Assembly (NCBI GenBank): GCA_964016885.1
Contig: OZ024740.1
Location: 211,234,001-211,298,000, forward strand
Source: Eledone cirrhosa
Lineage: Eukaryota
Direction: 5' to 3'
DNA length: 64,000 nt
Position numbers and translations under genes: made by a program. Shown piece after piece: positions 40,801-56,400 of the stretch. Below the pieces are notes generated by a model. It was not told where the DNA came from. It did not search any database and worked only from the letters and a program-made list of their open reading frames with translations. Every line of letters begins with the position of its first letter. Position 1 is the first letter of the stretch.

Positions 40801-43800
40801 CCATAAAATGATAGTAGAAGGTAGCCATGATAGAAGTTTACAATGAAAGTGTCCCATAAATTGATAGTAGAAGGTAGCCATGATAGAAGTTTACAATGAA
40901 AGTCCCCCATAAGTTGATAGTAGAAGGTAGCCATGATAGAAGTTTACAATGAAAGTCTCCCATTAAATGATAGTAGAAGGTAGCCATGATAGAAGTTTAC
41001 AATTAAAGACTCCCATAAAATGATAGTAGAAGGTTGCCATGATAGAAGTTTACAATAAAAGTCTCCGATAAGTTATTAGTAGAAGGTAGCCATGATAGAA
41101 GTTTACAATGAAAGTCTCCCATAAGTTGATAGTAGAAGGTAGCGATGATAGAAGTTTACGATGAAAGTCTCCCATAAATTGAGAGTAGAAGGTAGCCATG
41201 ATAGAAGTTTACAATGAAAGTCTCCCATAAGTTGATAGTAGAAGGTAGCCATGATAGAAGTTTACAATGAATGCCTCCCATAAGTTGATAGTAGAAGTTA
41301 GCCATGATAGAAGTTTACAATGAAAGTCTCCCATAAGCTGATAGTAGAAGGTAGCGATGATAGAAGTTTACAATGAAAGTCTCCCATAAATTGAGAGTAG
41401 AAGGTAGCCATGATAGAAGTTTACAATGAAAGTCTCCGATAAGTTGATAGTAGAAGGTAGCCATGATAGAAGTTTACAATGAAACACTCCCATAAAATGA
41501 TAGTAGAAGGTAGCCATGATAGAAGTTTACAATGAATGTCTCTCATGAAATAATAGTAGAAGGTAGTCATGATAGAAGTTTACAATTAAAGTCTCCCATA
41601 AGTTGATAGTAGAAGGTAACCATGGTAGAAGTTTACAATGAAAGTCTCTCATAAGTTGATAGTAGAAGGTAGCCATGATAGAAGTTTACAATGAAAGTCT
41701 CCCATAAGTTGATAGCAGAAGGTAGCCATGATAGAAGTTTACAATGAAAATCTCCCATAAATTGATAGTAGAAGGTAGTCATGATAGAAGTTTACAATGA
41801 AAGTCTCCCATAAGTTGATAGTAGAAGGTAGCCATGGTAGAAGTTTAAAATGAAAGTCTCCCTTAAAATGATAGTAGAAGGTAGCCATGGTAGAAGTCTA
41901 CAATGAAAGTCTCCCATAAGCTGATAGTAGAAGGTAGCCATGATAGAAGTTTACAATGAATGCCTCCCATAAGTTGATAGTAGAAGTTAGCCATGATAGA
42001 AGTTTACAATGAAAGTCTCCCATAAGCTGATAGTAGAAGGTAGCGATGATAGAAGTTTACAATGAAAGTCTCCCATAAATTGAGAGTAGAAGGTAGCCAT
42101 GATAGAAGTTTACAATGAAAGTCTCCGATAAGTTGATAGTAGAAGGTAGCCATGATAGAAGTTTACAATGAAACACTCCCATAAAATGATAGTAGAAGGT
42201 AGCCATGATAGAAGTTTACAATGAAAGTCTCTCATAAGTTGATAGTAGAAGGTAGCCATGATAGAAGTTTACAATGAAAGTCTCCCATAAAATGATAGTA
42301 GAAGGTAGCCATGATAGAGGTTTACAATGAAAGTCCCCCATAAGTTGATAGTAGAAGGTAGCCATGATAGAAGTTTACAATGAAAGTCTCCCATAAGTTG
42401 ATAGTAGAAGGTAGCCATGATAGAAGTTTACAATGAAAGTCTCCCATAAGTTGATAGTAGAAGGTAGCCATGATAGAAGTTTACAATGAAAGTCTCCCAT
42501 TAAAGGATAGTAGAAGGTAGCCATGATAGAAGTTTACAATGAAAGTCTCCCATTAAATGATAGTAGAAGGTAGCCATGATAGAAGTTTACAATGAAAGTC
42601 CCCCATAAGTTGATAGTAGAAGGTAGCCATGATAGAAGTTTACAATGAAAGTCTCCCATAAAATTATAGTAGAAGGTAGCCAAGATAGAAGTTTACAATG
42701 AAAGTCTACCATAAGTTGATAGTAGAAGGTAGCCATGATAGAAGTTTACAATGAAAGTCCCCCATAAGTTGATAGTAGAAGGTAGCCATGATAGAAGTTT
42801 ACAATGAAAGTAACCAATAAAATCATAATAGAAGGTAGCCAAGTTAGAAGTGTACAATGAAAGTCTCCCATAAAATTATAGTAGAAAGTAGCCATGATAG
42901 AAGTTTACAATGAAAGTCTCCCATAAAATGATAGTGGAAGGTAGCCATGATAGAAGTTTACAATGAAAGTCTCCCATCAGTTGATAGTAGAACGTAGCCA
43001 TGATAGAAGTTTACAATGAAAGTCTGCCATAAAATGATAGTAGAAGGTAGCCATGATAGAAGTTTACGATGAAAGTCTCCCATAATTTGATAGTGGAATG
43101 TAGACATGATAGAAGTTTACAATGAAAGTCTCCCGTAAGTTGATAGTAGAAGGTAGCCATGATAGAAGTTTACAATGAAAGTCTCCCATAAGTTGATAGT
43201 GGAAGGTAGCCATGATAGAAGTTTACAATTAAAGACTCCCATAAAATGATAGTAGAAGGTAGCCATGATAGAAGTTTACAATGAAAGTCTCCCATAAGTT
43301 AATAGTAGAAGGTAGCCATGATAGAAGTTTACAATGAAAGTCTCCCATAAGTTGATAGTAGAAGGTAACCATGATAGACGTTTACAATGAAAGTCTCCCA
43401 TAAGTTAATAGTAGAAGGTAGCCATGATAGAAGTTTACGATGCAAGTCTCCCATTAAATGATAGTAGAAGGTAGCCATGATAGAAGTTTACAATGAAAGT
43501 CTCTCATAAGCTGATAGTAGAAGGTAGCCATGATAGAAGTTTACAATGAAAGTCTCCCATTAAATGATAGTAGAAGGTAGCCATGATAGAAGTTTACAAT
43601 GAAAGTCTCCCATAAAATGATTGTAGAAGGTAGCCATGATAGATGTTTACAATGAAAGTCTCCCATAAGTTGATAGTAGAAGGTAGCCATGATAGAAGTT
43701 TACAATGAAAGTCTCCCATAAAATGATAGTAGAAGGTAGCAATGATAGAAGTTTACAATGAAAGTCTCCCATAAAATGATAGTAGAAGGTAGCCATGATA

Positions 43801-46515
43801 GAAGTTTACATTGAAAGTCTCCCATAAGTTGATAGTGGAAGGTAGCCATGATAGAAGTTTACAATGAAAGTCTCCCATAAGTTGATAGCAGAAGGTAGCC
43901 ATGATACAAGTTTAAAATGAATGCCTCCCATAAAATAATAGTAGAAGGTAGCCATGATAGAAGTTTAAAATGAAAGTCTCCCATAAGTTGATAGTAGAAA
44001 GCAGCCATGCTAGAAGTTTACAATGAATGTCTCCCATAAAATGATAGTAGAAGGTAGTCTTGATAGAAGTTTACAATGAAACTCTCCCATAAAATGATAG
44101 TAGAAGGTAGCCATGATAGAAGTTTACAATGAAAGACCACATAAGTTCATAGTAGAAAGTAGCCATGCTAGAAGTTTACAATGAATGCCTCCCATAAGTT
44201 GATAGTAGAAGGTAGTCTTGATAGAAGTTTACAATGAAAGTCTCCCATAAGCTGATAGTAGAAGGGAGCCATGATAGAATTTACAATGAAAGTCTCCCAT
44301 AAAATGATAGTAGAAGGTAGCCATGATAGAAGTTTACAATGAAAGTCTCCCATAAAATGATAGTAGAAGGTAGCCATGATAGAAGTTTACAATGAAAGTC
44401 TACCATAAGTTGATAGTAGAAGGTAGCCATGATAGAAGTTTACAATGAAAGTCTCCCATAAAATGATAGTAGAAGGTAGCCATGATAGAAGTTTATAATG
44501 AAAGTCTCCCATAAGTTGATAGTAGAAGGTAGCCATGATAGAAGTTTACAATTAAAGTCTCTCATAAAATAATAGTAGAAGGTAGCCATGATAGAAGTTT
44601 ACAATTAAAGTCTCTCATAAAATAATAGTAGAAGGTAGCCATGATAGAAGTTTACAATGAAAGTCTCACATAAGTTGATAGTAGAAGGTAGCCATGATAG
44701 AAGTTTACAATGAAAGTCTCCCATAAAATGATAGTAGAAGGTGGCCATGATAGAAGTTTACAATGAAAGTCTCCCATAAAATGATAGTAGAAGGTGGCCA
44801 TGATAGAAGTTTACAATGAAAGTCTCCCATACGTTGATAGTAGAAAGTAGCCATGATAGAAGTTTACAATGAAAGTCTCCCATAAGTTGATAGTAGAAGG
44901 TAGCCATGATAGAAGTTTACAATGAATGCCCCCCATAAGTTGATAGAGAAGGTACCCATGATAGAAGTTTACAATGAAAGTCTCCCATAAGTTATTGGTA
45001 GAATGTAGCCATGATAGAAGTTTACAATGAAAGTCTCCCATAAAATGATAGTAGAAGGTAGTCATGATAGAAGTTTACAATGAAAGTCTCCCATAAAATG
45101 ATAGTAGAAGGTAGCCATGATAGAAGTTTACAATGAAAGTGTCCCATAAATTGATAGTAGAAGGTAGCCATGATAGAAGTTTACAATGAAAGTCCCCCAT
45201 AAGTTGATAGTAGAAGGTAGCCATGATAGAAGTTTACAATGAAAGTCTCCCATAAAATGATAGTAGAAGGTAGCCATGATAGAAGTTTACAATTAAAGAC
45301 TCCCATAAAATGATAGTAGAAGGTTGCCATGATAGAAGTTTACAATAAAAGTCTCCGATAAGTTATTAGTAGAAGGTAGCCATGATAGAAGTTTACAATG
45401 AAAGTCTCCCATAAGTTGATAGTAGAAGGTAGCGATGATAGAAGTTTACGATGAAAGTCTCCCATAAATTGAGAGTAGAAGGTAGCCATGATAGAAGTTT
45501 ACAATGAAAGTCTCCCATAAGTTGATAGTAGAAGGTAGCCATGATAGAAGTTTACAATGAATGCCTCCCATAAGTTGATAGTAGAAGTTAGCCATGATAG
45601 AAGTTTACAATGAAAGTCTCCCATAAGCTGATAGTAGAAGGTAGCGATGATAGAAGTTTACAATGAAAGTCTCCCATAAATTGAGAGTAGAAGGTAGCCA
45701 TGATAGAAGTTTACAATGAAAGTCTCCGATAAGTTGATAGTAGAAGGTAGCCATGATAGAAGTTTACAATGAAACACTCCCATAAAATGATAGTAGAAGG
45801 TAGCCATGATAGAAGTTTACAATGAATGTCTCTCATGAAATAATAGTAGAAGGTAGTCATGATAGAAGTTTACAATTAAAGTCTCCCATAAGTTGATAGT
45901 AGAAGGTAACCATGGTAGAAGTTTACAATGAAAGTCTCTCATAAGTTGATAGTAGAAGGTAGCCATGATAGAAGTTTACAATGAAAGTCTCCCATAAGTT
46001 GATAGCAGAAGGTAGCCATGATAGAAGTTTACAATGAAAATCTCCCATAAATTGATAGTAGAAGGTAGTCATGATAGAAGTTTACAATGAAAGTCTCCCA
46101 TAAGTTGATAGTAGAAGGTAGCCATGGTAGAAGTTTAAAATGAAAGTCTCCCTTAAAATGATAGTAGAAGGTAGCCATGGTAGAAGTTTACAATGAAAGT
46201 CTCCCATAAGCTGATAGTAGAAGGTAGCCATGATAGAAGTTTACAATGAATGCCTCCCATAAGTTGATAGTAGAAGTTAGCCATGATAGAAGTTTACAAT
46301 GAAAGTCTCCCATAAGCTGATAGTAGAAGGTAGCGATGATAGAAGTTTACAATGAAAGTCTCCCATAAATTGAGAGTAGAAGGTAGCCATGATAGAAGTT
46401 TACAATGAAAGTCTCCGATAAGTTGATAGTAGAAGGTAGCCATGATAGAAGTTTACAATGAAACACTCCCATAAAATGATAGTAGAAGGTAGCCATGATA
46501 GAAGTTTACAATGAA
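37900..46515 (+). repeat. Nested duplication, period 4,291/4,290 bp (81 monomers), 2 copies
   Basis: AACCAATAAAATCATAATAG at 38521/42812 (offset 4291). ORFs 40521/44811 are offset by 4290 after an extra 1-bp deletion near 44279. Confidence 0.93.
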
Positions 46516-46815
46516 TGTCTCTCATGAAATAATAGTAGAAGGTAGTCATGATAGAAGTTTACAATTAAAGTCTCCCATAAGTTGATAGTAGAAGGTAACC
46601 ATGGTAGAAGTTTACAATGAAAGTCTCTCATAAGTTGATAGTAGAAGGTAGCCATGATAGAAGTTTACAATGAAAGTCTCCCATAAGTTGATAGCAGAAG
46701 GTAGCCATGATAGAAGTTTAAAATGAAAATCTCCCATAAATTGATAGTAGAAGGTAGCCATGATAGAAGTTTACAATGAAAGTCTCCCATAAGTTGATAG
46801 TAGAAGGTAGCCATG
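45540..46815 (+). repeat. Innermost duplication, period 689 bp (13 monomers); truncated versions at ~41250-42220 and ~53800-54775, full version again at ~58095-59370
   Basis: ATGCCTCCCATAAGTTGATAGTAGAAGTTAG at 41271/41960 and 45561/46250 (offset 689=13x53), each followed by GCGATG, TTGAGAG, CCGATAAG and AACACTCCC monomers in the same order. Confidence 0.88.
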
Positions 46816-49800
46816 ATAGAAGTTTACAATGAAAGTCTCCCATAAGTTGGTAGTAGAAGGTAGCCATGATTGAAGTTTACAATGAAAGTCTCCCATAAGT
46901 TGGTAGTAGAAGGTAGCCATGATAGAAGTTTACAATGAATGCCTCCCATAAAATAATACTAGAAGGTAGCCATGATAGAAGTTTACAATCAAAGTCTCCC
47001 ATAAGTTAATAGTAGAAGCTAGCCATGGTAGAAGTTTACAATGAAAGTCTCCCATAAGTTGATAGTAGAAGGTTTCCATGATAGAAGTTTACAATGAAAG
47101 TCCCCCATAAGTTGATAGTAGAAGGTAGCCATGATAGAAGTTTACAATTAAAGTCTCCCATAAAATGATAGTAGAAGGTAGCCATGATAGAAGTTTACAA
47201 TGAAAGTCTCCCATAAGTTGATAGTAGAAGGTAGCCATGAGAGAAGTTTACAATGAATGTCTCCCATAAAATGATAGTAGAAGGTAGTCATGATAGAATT
47301 TTATACTTAAAGTCTCCCATAAAATGATAGTAGAAGGTAGCCATGATAGAAATTTACAATGAAAGTCTCCCATAAAATGATAGTAGAAGGTAGCCATGAT
47401 AGAAGTTTACAATGAATGTCTACCATAAAATGATAGTAGAAGGTAGTCATGATAGAAGTTTATACTTAAAGTCTCCCATAAAATGATAGTAGAAGGTAGC
47501 CATGATAGAAGTTTACAATGAAAGTCTCCCATAAGTTGATAGTAGAACGTAGCCATGATAGAAGTTTACAATAAAAGTCTCCCATAAGTTGATAGTAGAA
47601 GGTAGCCATGATAGAAGTTTACAATGAAAGTCTCCCATAAAATAATAGTAGAAGGTAGCCATGATAGAAGTTTACGATAAAAGTCTCCCATAAAATGATA
47701 GTAGAAGGTAGCCATGATAGAAGTTTACAATAAAAGTCTCCCATAAGTTGATAGTAGAAGGTAGCCATGATAGAAGTTTAAAATGAAAGTCTCCCATAAG
47801 TTGATAGTAGAAGGTAGCCATGATAGAAGTTTACAATGAAACACTCCCATAAAATGATAGTAGAAGGTAGCCATGATAGAAGTTTACAATGAAATTCTCC
47901 CATAAGTTGATAGTAGAAGGTAGCCATGATAGAAGTTTACAATGAAACACTCCCATAAAATGATAGTAGAAGGTAGCCATGATAGAAGTTTACAATGAAA
48001 GTCTCCCATAAATTGATAGTAGAAGGTAGCCATGATAGAAGTTTACAATGAAAGTCTCCCATAAGTTGATAGTAGAAGGTAGCCATGAGAGAAATTTACA
48101 ATGAAAGTCTCCCATAAAATGATAGTAGAAGGTAGCCATGATAGAAGTTTACAATGAAAGTCCCCCATAAAATGATAGTAGAAGGTAGCCATGATAGAAG
48201 TTTACAATGAAAGTCTCCCATAAGTTGATAGTAGAAGGTAGCCATGATAGAAGTTTACAATGAAAGTCTCCCATAAAATGATAGTAGAAGGTAGCCATGA
48301 TAGAAGTTTACAATGAAAGTCTCCCATAAAATGATAGTAGAAGGTAGCCATGATAGAAGTTTACAATGAAAGTCTCCCATAAAATGATAGTAGAAGGTAG
48401 CCATGATAGAAGTTTACAATGAAAGTCCCCCATAAGTTGATAGTAGAAGGTAGCCATGATAGAAGTTTACAATGAAAGTCTCCCATAAAATGATAGTAGA
48501 AGGTAGCATATGATAGAAGTTTACAATGAAAGTCTCCCATAAGTTGAAAGTAGAAGGTAGCCATGATACAAGTTTACAATGAAAGTCTCCCATTAAATGA
48601 TAGTAGAAGGTAGCCATGATAGAAGTTTACAATGAAAGTCTCCCATAAGTTGATAGTAGAAAGCAGCCATGATAGAAGTTTACAATGAATGTCTCCCATA
48701 AAATGATAGTAGAAGGTAGCCATGATAGAAGTTTACAATGAAAGTCTCCTATAAAATGATAGTAGAAGGTAGCCATGATAGAAGTTTACAATGAAAGTCT
48801 CCCATAAGCTGATATTAGAACGTACCCATGATAGAAGTTTACAATGAAAGTCTCCCATAAGTTAATAGTAGAAGGTAGCCATGATAGAAGTTTACAATGA
48901 AAGACTCCCATAAGTTGATAGTAGAAGGTAGCCATGATAGAAGTTTACAATGAATGTCTCTCATAAAATATTAGTAGAAGGTAGCCATGATAGAAGTTTA
49001 CAATGAAAGTCTCCCATAAGTTGATAGTAGAAGGTAGCCATGATAGAAGTTTACAATGAAAGTCTCCCATAAGTTGATAGTAGAAGGTAGCCATGATAGA
49101 AGTTTACAATGAAAGTCTCCCATAAGTTGATAGTAGAAGGTAGCCATGATAGAAGTTTACAATGAAAGTCTCCCATCAGTTGATAGTAGAAGGTAGCCAT
49201 GATAGAAGTTTACAATGAAAGTCCCCCAGAAGTTGATAGTAGAAGGTAGCCATGACAGAAGTTTACAATGAAAGTCTCCCATAACATAATAGTAGAAGGT
49301 AGCCATGATAGAAGTTTACAATGAATGTCTCCCATAAAATGATAGTAGAAGGTAGACATGATAGAAGTTTACAATGAAAGTCCCCCATAAGTTGATAGTA
49401 GAAGGTAGCCATGATAGAAGTTTACAATGAAAGTCTCCCATAAAATCATAGTAGAAGGTAGCCATGATAGAAGTTTACAATTAAAGTCTCCCATAAAATG
49501 ATAGTAGAAGGTAGCCATGATAGAAGTTTACAATGAAAGTCCCCCAGAAGTTGATAGTAGAAGGTAGCCATGATAGAAGTTTACAATTAAAGTCTCCCAT
49601 AAAATGATAGTAGAAGGTAGCCATGATAGAAGTTTACAATTAAAGTCTCCCATAAAATGATAGTAGAAGGTAGCCATGATAGAAGTTTACAATGAAAGTC
49701 TCCCATAAAATGATAGTAGAAGGTAGACATGATAAAAGTTTACAATGAAAGTCTCCCATAAGTTGATGGTAGAATGTAGCCATGATAGAAGTTTACAATG

Positions 49801-50453
49801 AAAATCTCCCATAAAATGAGAGTAGAAGGTAGACATGATACAAGTTTACAATGAAAGTCTCCCATAAGTTGATAGTAGAATGTAGCCATAATAGAAGTTT
49901 ACAATGAAAGTCTCCCATAAAATGATAGTAGAAGGTAGCGATGATAGAAGTTTACAATGAATGTCTCCCATAAAATAATAGTAGAAGGTAGCCATGATAG
50001 AAGTTTAAAATGAAAGTCTCCCATAAGTTGATAGTAGAAAGCAGCCATGATAGAAGTTTACAATGAATGTCTCCCATAAAATGATAGTAGAAGGGAGCCA
50101 TGATAGAAGTTTACAATGAAAGTCTCCCATAAAATGATAGAAGGTAGCCATGATAGAAGTTTGCAATGAAAGTCTCCCATAAAATGATAGTAGAAGGTAG
50201 CCATGATAGAAGTTTACAATGAAAGTCTCCCATAAGTTGATAGTGGAAGGTAGCCATGATAGAAGTTTACAATGAAAGTCTCCCATAAGTTGATAGCAGA
50301 AGGTAGCCATGATAGAAGTTTACAATGAATGTCTCCCATAAAATAATAGTAGAAGGTAGCCATGATAGAAGTTTAAAATGAAAGTCTCCCATAAGTTGAT
50401 AGTAGAAAGCAGCCATGATAGAAGTTTACAATGAATGTCTCCCATAAAATGAT

Positions 50454-53400
50454 AGTAGAAGGTAGCCATGATAGAAGTTTACAATGAAAGTCTCTCATAA
50501 GTTGATAGTAGAAGGTAGCCATGATAGAAGTTTACAATGAAAGTCTCCCATAAAATGATAGTAGAAGGTAGCCATGATAGAGGTTTACAATGAAAGTCCC
50601 CCATAAGTTGATAGTAGAAGGTAGCCATGATAGAAGTTTACAATGAAAGTCTCCCATAAGTTGATAGTAGAAGGTAGCCATGATAGAAGTTTACAATGAA
50701 AGTCTCCCATAAGTTGATAGTAGAAGGTAGCCATGATAGAAGTTTACAATGAAAGTCTCCCATTAAAGGATAGTAGAAGGTAGCCATGATAGAAGTTTAC
50801 AATGAAAGTCTCCCATTAAATGATAGTAGAAGGTAGCCATGATAGAAGTTTACAATGAAAGTCCCCCATAAGTTGATAGTAGAAGGTAGCCATGATAGAA
50901 GTTTACAATGAAAGTCTCCCATAAAATTATAGTAGAAGGTAGCCAAGATAGAAGTTTACAATGAAAGTCTACCATAAGTTGATAGTAGAAGGTAGCCATG
51001 ATAGAAGTTTACAATGAAAGTCCCCCATAAGTTGATAGTAGAAGGTAGCCATGATAGAAGTTTACAATGAAAGTAACCAATAAAATCATAATAGAAGGTA
51101 GCCAAGTTAGAAGTGTACAATGAAAGTCTCCCATAAAATTATAGTAGAAAGTAGCCATGATAGAAGTTTACAATGAAAGTCTCCCATAAAATGATAGTGG
51201 AAGGTAGCCATGATAGAAGTTTACAATGAAAGTCTCCCATCAGTTGATAGTAGAACGTAGCCATGATAGAAGTTTACAATGAAAGTCTCCCATAAAATGA
51301 TAGTAGAAGGTAGCCATGATAGAAGTTTACGATGAAAGTCTCCCATAATTTGATAGTGGAATGTAGACATGATAGAAGTTTACAATGAAAGTCTCCCGTA
51401 AGTTGATAGTAGAAGGTAGCCATGATAGAAGTTTACAATGAAAGTCTCCCATAAGTTGATAGTGGAAGGTAGCCATGATAGAAGTTTACAATTAAAGACT
51501 CCCATAAAATGATAGTAGAAGGTAGCCATGATAGAAGTTTACAATGAAAGTCTCCCATAAGTTAATAGTAGAAGGTAGCCATGATAGAAGTTTACAATGA
51601 AAGTCTCCCATAAGTTGATAGTAGAAGGTAACCATGATAGACGTTTACAATGAAAGTCTCCCATAAGTTAATAGTAGAAGGTAGCCATGATAGAAGTTTA
51701 CGATGCAAGTCTCCCATTAAATGATAGTAGAAGGTAGCCATGATAGAAGTTTACAATGAAAGTCTCTCATAAGCTGATAGTAGAAGGTAGCCATGATAGA
51801 AGTTTACAATGAAAGTCTCCCATTAAATGATAGTAGAAGGTAGCCATGATAGAAGTTTACAATGAAAGTCTCCCATAAAATGATTGTAGAAGGTAGCCAT
51901 GATAGATGTTTACAATGAAAGTCTCCCATAAGTTGATAGTAGAAGGTAGCCATGATAGAAGTTTACAATGAAAGTCTCCCATAAAATGATAGTAGAAGGT
52001 AGCAATGATAGAAGTTTACAATGAAAGTCTCCCATAAAATGATAGTAGAAGGTAGCCATGATAGAAGTTTACATTGAAAGTCTCCCATAAGTTGATAGTG
52101 GAAGGTAGCCATGATAGAAGTTTACAATGAAAGTCTCCCATAAGTTGATAGCAGAAGGTAGCCATGATACAAGTTTAAAATGAATGCCTCCCATAAAATA
52201 ATAGTAGAAGGTAGCCATGATAGAAGTTTAAAATGAAAGTCTCCCATAAGTTGATAGTAGAAAGCAGCCATGCTAGAAGTTTACAATGAATGTCTCCCAT
52301 AAAATGATAGTAGAAGGTAGTCTTGATAGAAGTTTACAATGAAACTCTCCCATAAAATGATAGTAGAAGGTAGCCATGATAGAAGTTTACAATGAAAGAC
52401 CACATAAGTTCATAGTAGAAAGTAGCCATGCTAGAAGTTTACAATGAATGCCTCCCATAAGTTGATAGTAGAAGGTAGTCTTGATAGAAGTTTACAATGA
52501 AAGTCTCCCATAAGCTGATAGTAGAAGGGAGCCATGATAGAAGTTTACAATGAAAGTCTCCCATAAAATGATAGTAGAAGGTAGCCATGATAGAAGTTTA
52601 CAATGAAAGTCTCCCATAAAATGATAGTAGAAGGTAGCCATGATAGAAGTTTACAATGAAAGTCTACCATAAGTTGATAGTAGAAGGTAGCCATGATAGA
52701 AGTTTACAATGAAAGTCTCCCATAAAATGATAGTAGAAGGTAGCCATGATAGAAGTTTATAATGAAAGTCTCCCATAAGTTGATAGTAGAAGGTAGCCAT
52801 GATAGAAGTTTACAATTAAAGTCTCTCATAAAATAATAGTAGAAGGTAGCCATGATAGAAGTTTACAATTAAAGTCTCTCATAAAATAATAGTAGAAGGT
52901 AGCCATGATAGAAGTTTACAATGAAAGTCTCACATAAGTTGATAGTAGAAGGTAGCCATGATAGAAGTTTACAATGAAAGTCTCCCATAAAATGATAGTA
53001 GAAGGTGGCCATGATAGAAGTTTACAATGAAAGTCTCCCATAAAATGATAGTAGAAGGTGGCCATGATAGAAGTTTACAATGAAAGTCTCCCATACGTTG
53101 ATAGTAGAAAGTAGCCATGATAGAAGTTTACAATGAAAGTCTCCCATAAGTTGATAGTAGAAGGTAGCCATGATAGAAGTTTACAATGAATGCCCCCCAT
53201 AAGTTGATAGAGAAGGTACCCATGATAGAAGTTTACAATGAAAGTCTCCCATAAGTTATTGGTAGAATGTAGCCATGATAGAAGTTTACAATGAAAGTCT
53301 CCCATAAAATGATAGTAGAAGGTAGTCATGATAGAAGTTTACAATGAAAGTCTCCCATAAAATGATAGTAGAAGGTAGCCATGATAGAAGTTTACAATGA

Positions 53401-56400
53401 AAGTGTCCCATAAATTGATAGTAGAAGGTAGCCATGATAGAAGTTTACAATGAAAGTCCCCCATAAGTTGATAGTAGAAGGTAGCCATGATAGAAGTTTA
53501 CAATGAAAGTCTCCCATTAAATGATAGTAGAAGGTAGCCATGATAGAAGTTTACAATTAAAGACTCCCATAAAATGATAGTAGAAGGTTGCCATGATAGA
53601 AGTTTACAATAAAAGTCTCCGATAAGTTATTAGTAGAAGGTAGCCATGATAGAAGTTTACAATGAAAGTCTCCCATAAGTTGATAGTAGAAGGTAGCGAT
53701 GATAGAAGTTTACGATGAAAGTCTCCCATAAATTGAGAGTAGAAGGTAGCCATGATAGAAGTTTACAATGAAAGTCTCCCATAAGTTGATAGTAGAAGGT
53801 AGCCATGATAGAAGTTTACAATGAATGCCTCCCATAAGTTGATAGTAGAAGTTAGCCATGATAGAAGTTTACAATGAAAGTCTCCCATAAGCTGATAGTA
53901 GAAGGTAGCGATGATAGAAGTTTACAATGAAAGTCTCCCATAAATTGAGAGTAGAAGGTAGCCATGATAGAAGTTTACAATGAAAGTCTCCGATAAGTTG
54001 ATAGTAGAAGGTAGCCATGATAGAAGTTTACAATGAAACACTCCCATAAAATGATAGTAGAAGGTAGCCATGATAGAAGTTTACAATGAATGTCTCTCAT
54101 GAAATAATAGTAGAAGGTAGTCATGATAGAAGTTTACAATTAAAGTCTCCCATAAGTTGATAGTAGAAGGTAACCATGGTAGAAGTTTACAATGAAAGTC
54201 TCTCATAAGTTGATAGTAGAAGGTAGCCATGATAGAAGTTTACAATGAAAGTCTCCCATAAGTTGATAGCAGAAGGTAGCCATGATAGAAGTTTACAATG
54301 AAAATCTCCCATAAATTGATAGTAGAAGGTAGTCATGATAGAAGTTTACAATGAAAGTCTCCCATAAGTTGATAGTAGAAGGTAGCCATGGTAGAAGTTT
54401 AAAATGAAAGTCTCCCTTAAAATGATAGTAGAAGGTAGCCATGGTAGAAGTTTACAATGAAAGTCTCCCATAAGCTGATAGTAGAAGGTAGCCATGATAG
54501 AAGTTTACAATGAATGCCTCCCATAAGTTGATAGTAGAAGTTAGCCATGATAGAAGTTTACAATGAAAGTCTCCCATAAGCTGATAGTAGAAGGGAGCGA
54601 TGATAGAAGTTTACAATGAAAGTCTCCCATAAATTGAGAGTAGAAGGTAGCCATGATAGAAGTTTACAATGAAAGTCTCCGATAAGTTGATAGTAGAAGG
54701 TAGCCATGATAGAAGTTTACAATGAAACACTCCCATAAAATGATAGTAGAAGGTAGCCATGATAGAAGTTTACAATGAAAGTCTCTCATAAGTTGATAGT
54801 AGAAGGTAGCCATGATAGAAGTTTACAATGAAAGTCTCCCATAAAATGATAGTAGAAGGTAGCCATGATAGAGGTTTACAATGAAAGTCCCCCATAAGTT
54901 GATAGTAGAAGGTAGCCATGATAGAAGTTTACAATGAAAGTCTCCCATAAGTTGATAGTAGAAGGTAGCCATGATAGAAGTTTACAATGAAAGTCTCCCA
55001 TAAGTTGATAGTAGAAGGTAGCCATGATAGAAGTTTACAATGAAAGTCTCCCATTAAAGGATAGTAGAAGGTAGCCATGATAGAAGTTTACAATGAAAGT
55101 CTCCCATTAAATGATAGTAGAAGGTAGCCATGATAGAAGTTTACAATGAAAGTCCCCCATAAGTTGATAGTAGAAGGTAGCCATGATAGAAGTTTACAAT
55201 GAAAGTCTCCCATAAAATTATAGTAGAAGGTAGCCAAGATAGAAGTTTACAATGAAAGTCTACCATAAGTTGATAGTAGAAGGTAGCCATGATAGAAGTT
55301 TACAATGAAAGTCCCCCATAAGTTGATAGTAGAAGGTAGCCATGATAGAAGTTTACAATGAAAGTAACCAATAAAATCATAATAGAAGGTAGCCAAGTTA
55401 GAAGTGTACAATGAAAGTCTCCCATAAAATTATAGTAGAAAGTAGCCATGATAGAAGTTTACAATGAAAGTCTCCCATAAAATGATAGTGGAAGGTAGCC
55501 ATGATAGAAGTTTACAATGAAAGTCTCCCATCAGTTGATAGTAGAACGTAGCCATGATAGAAGTTTACAATGAAAGTCTCCCATAAAATGATAGTAGAAG
55601 GTAGCCATGATAGAAGTTTACGATGAAAGTCTCCCATAATTTGATAGTGGAATGTAGACATGATAGAAGTTTACAATGAAAGTCTCCCGTAAGTTGATAG
55701 TAGAAGGTAGCCATGATAGAAGTTTACAATGAAAGTCTCCCATAAGTTGATAGTGGAAGGTAGCCATGATAGAAGTTTACAATTAAAGACTCCCATAAAA
55801 TGATAGTAGAAGGTAGCCATGATAGAAGTTTACAATGAAAGTCTCCCATAAGTTAATAGTAGAAGGTAGCCATGATAGAAGTTTACAATGAAAGTCTCCC
55901 ATAAGTTGATAGTAGAAGGTAACCATGATAGACGTTTACAATGAAAGTCTCCCATAAGTTAATAGTAGAAGGTAGCCATGATAGAAGTTTACGATGCAAG
56001 TCTCCCATTAAATGATAGTAGAAGGTAACCATGATAGAAGTTTACAATGAAAGTCTCTCATAAGCTGATAGTAGAAGGTAGCCATGATAGAAGTTTACAA
56101 TGAAAGTCTCCCATTAAATGATAGTAGAAGGTAGCCATGATAGAAGTTTACAATGAAAGTCTCCCATAAAATGATTGTAGAAGGTAGCCATGATAGATGT
56201 TTACAATGAAAGTCTCCCATAAGTTGATAGTAGAAGGTAGCCATGATAGAAGTTTACAATGAAAGTCTCCCATAAAATGATAGTAGAAGGTAGCAATGAT
56301 AGAAGTTTACAATGAAAGTCTCCCATAAAATGATAGTAGAAGGTAGCCATGATAGAAGTTTACATTGAAAGTCTCCCATAAGTTGATAGTGGAAGGTAGC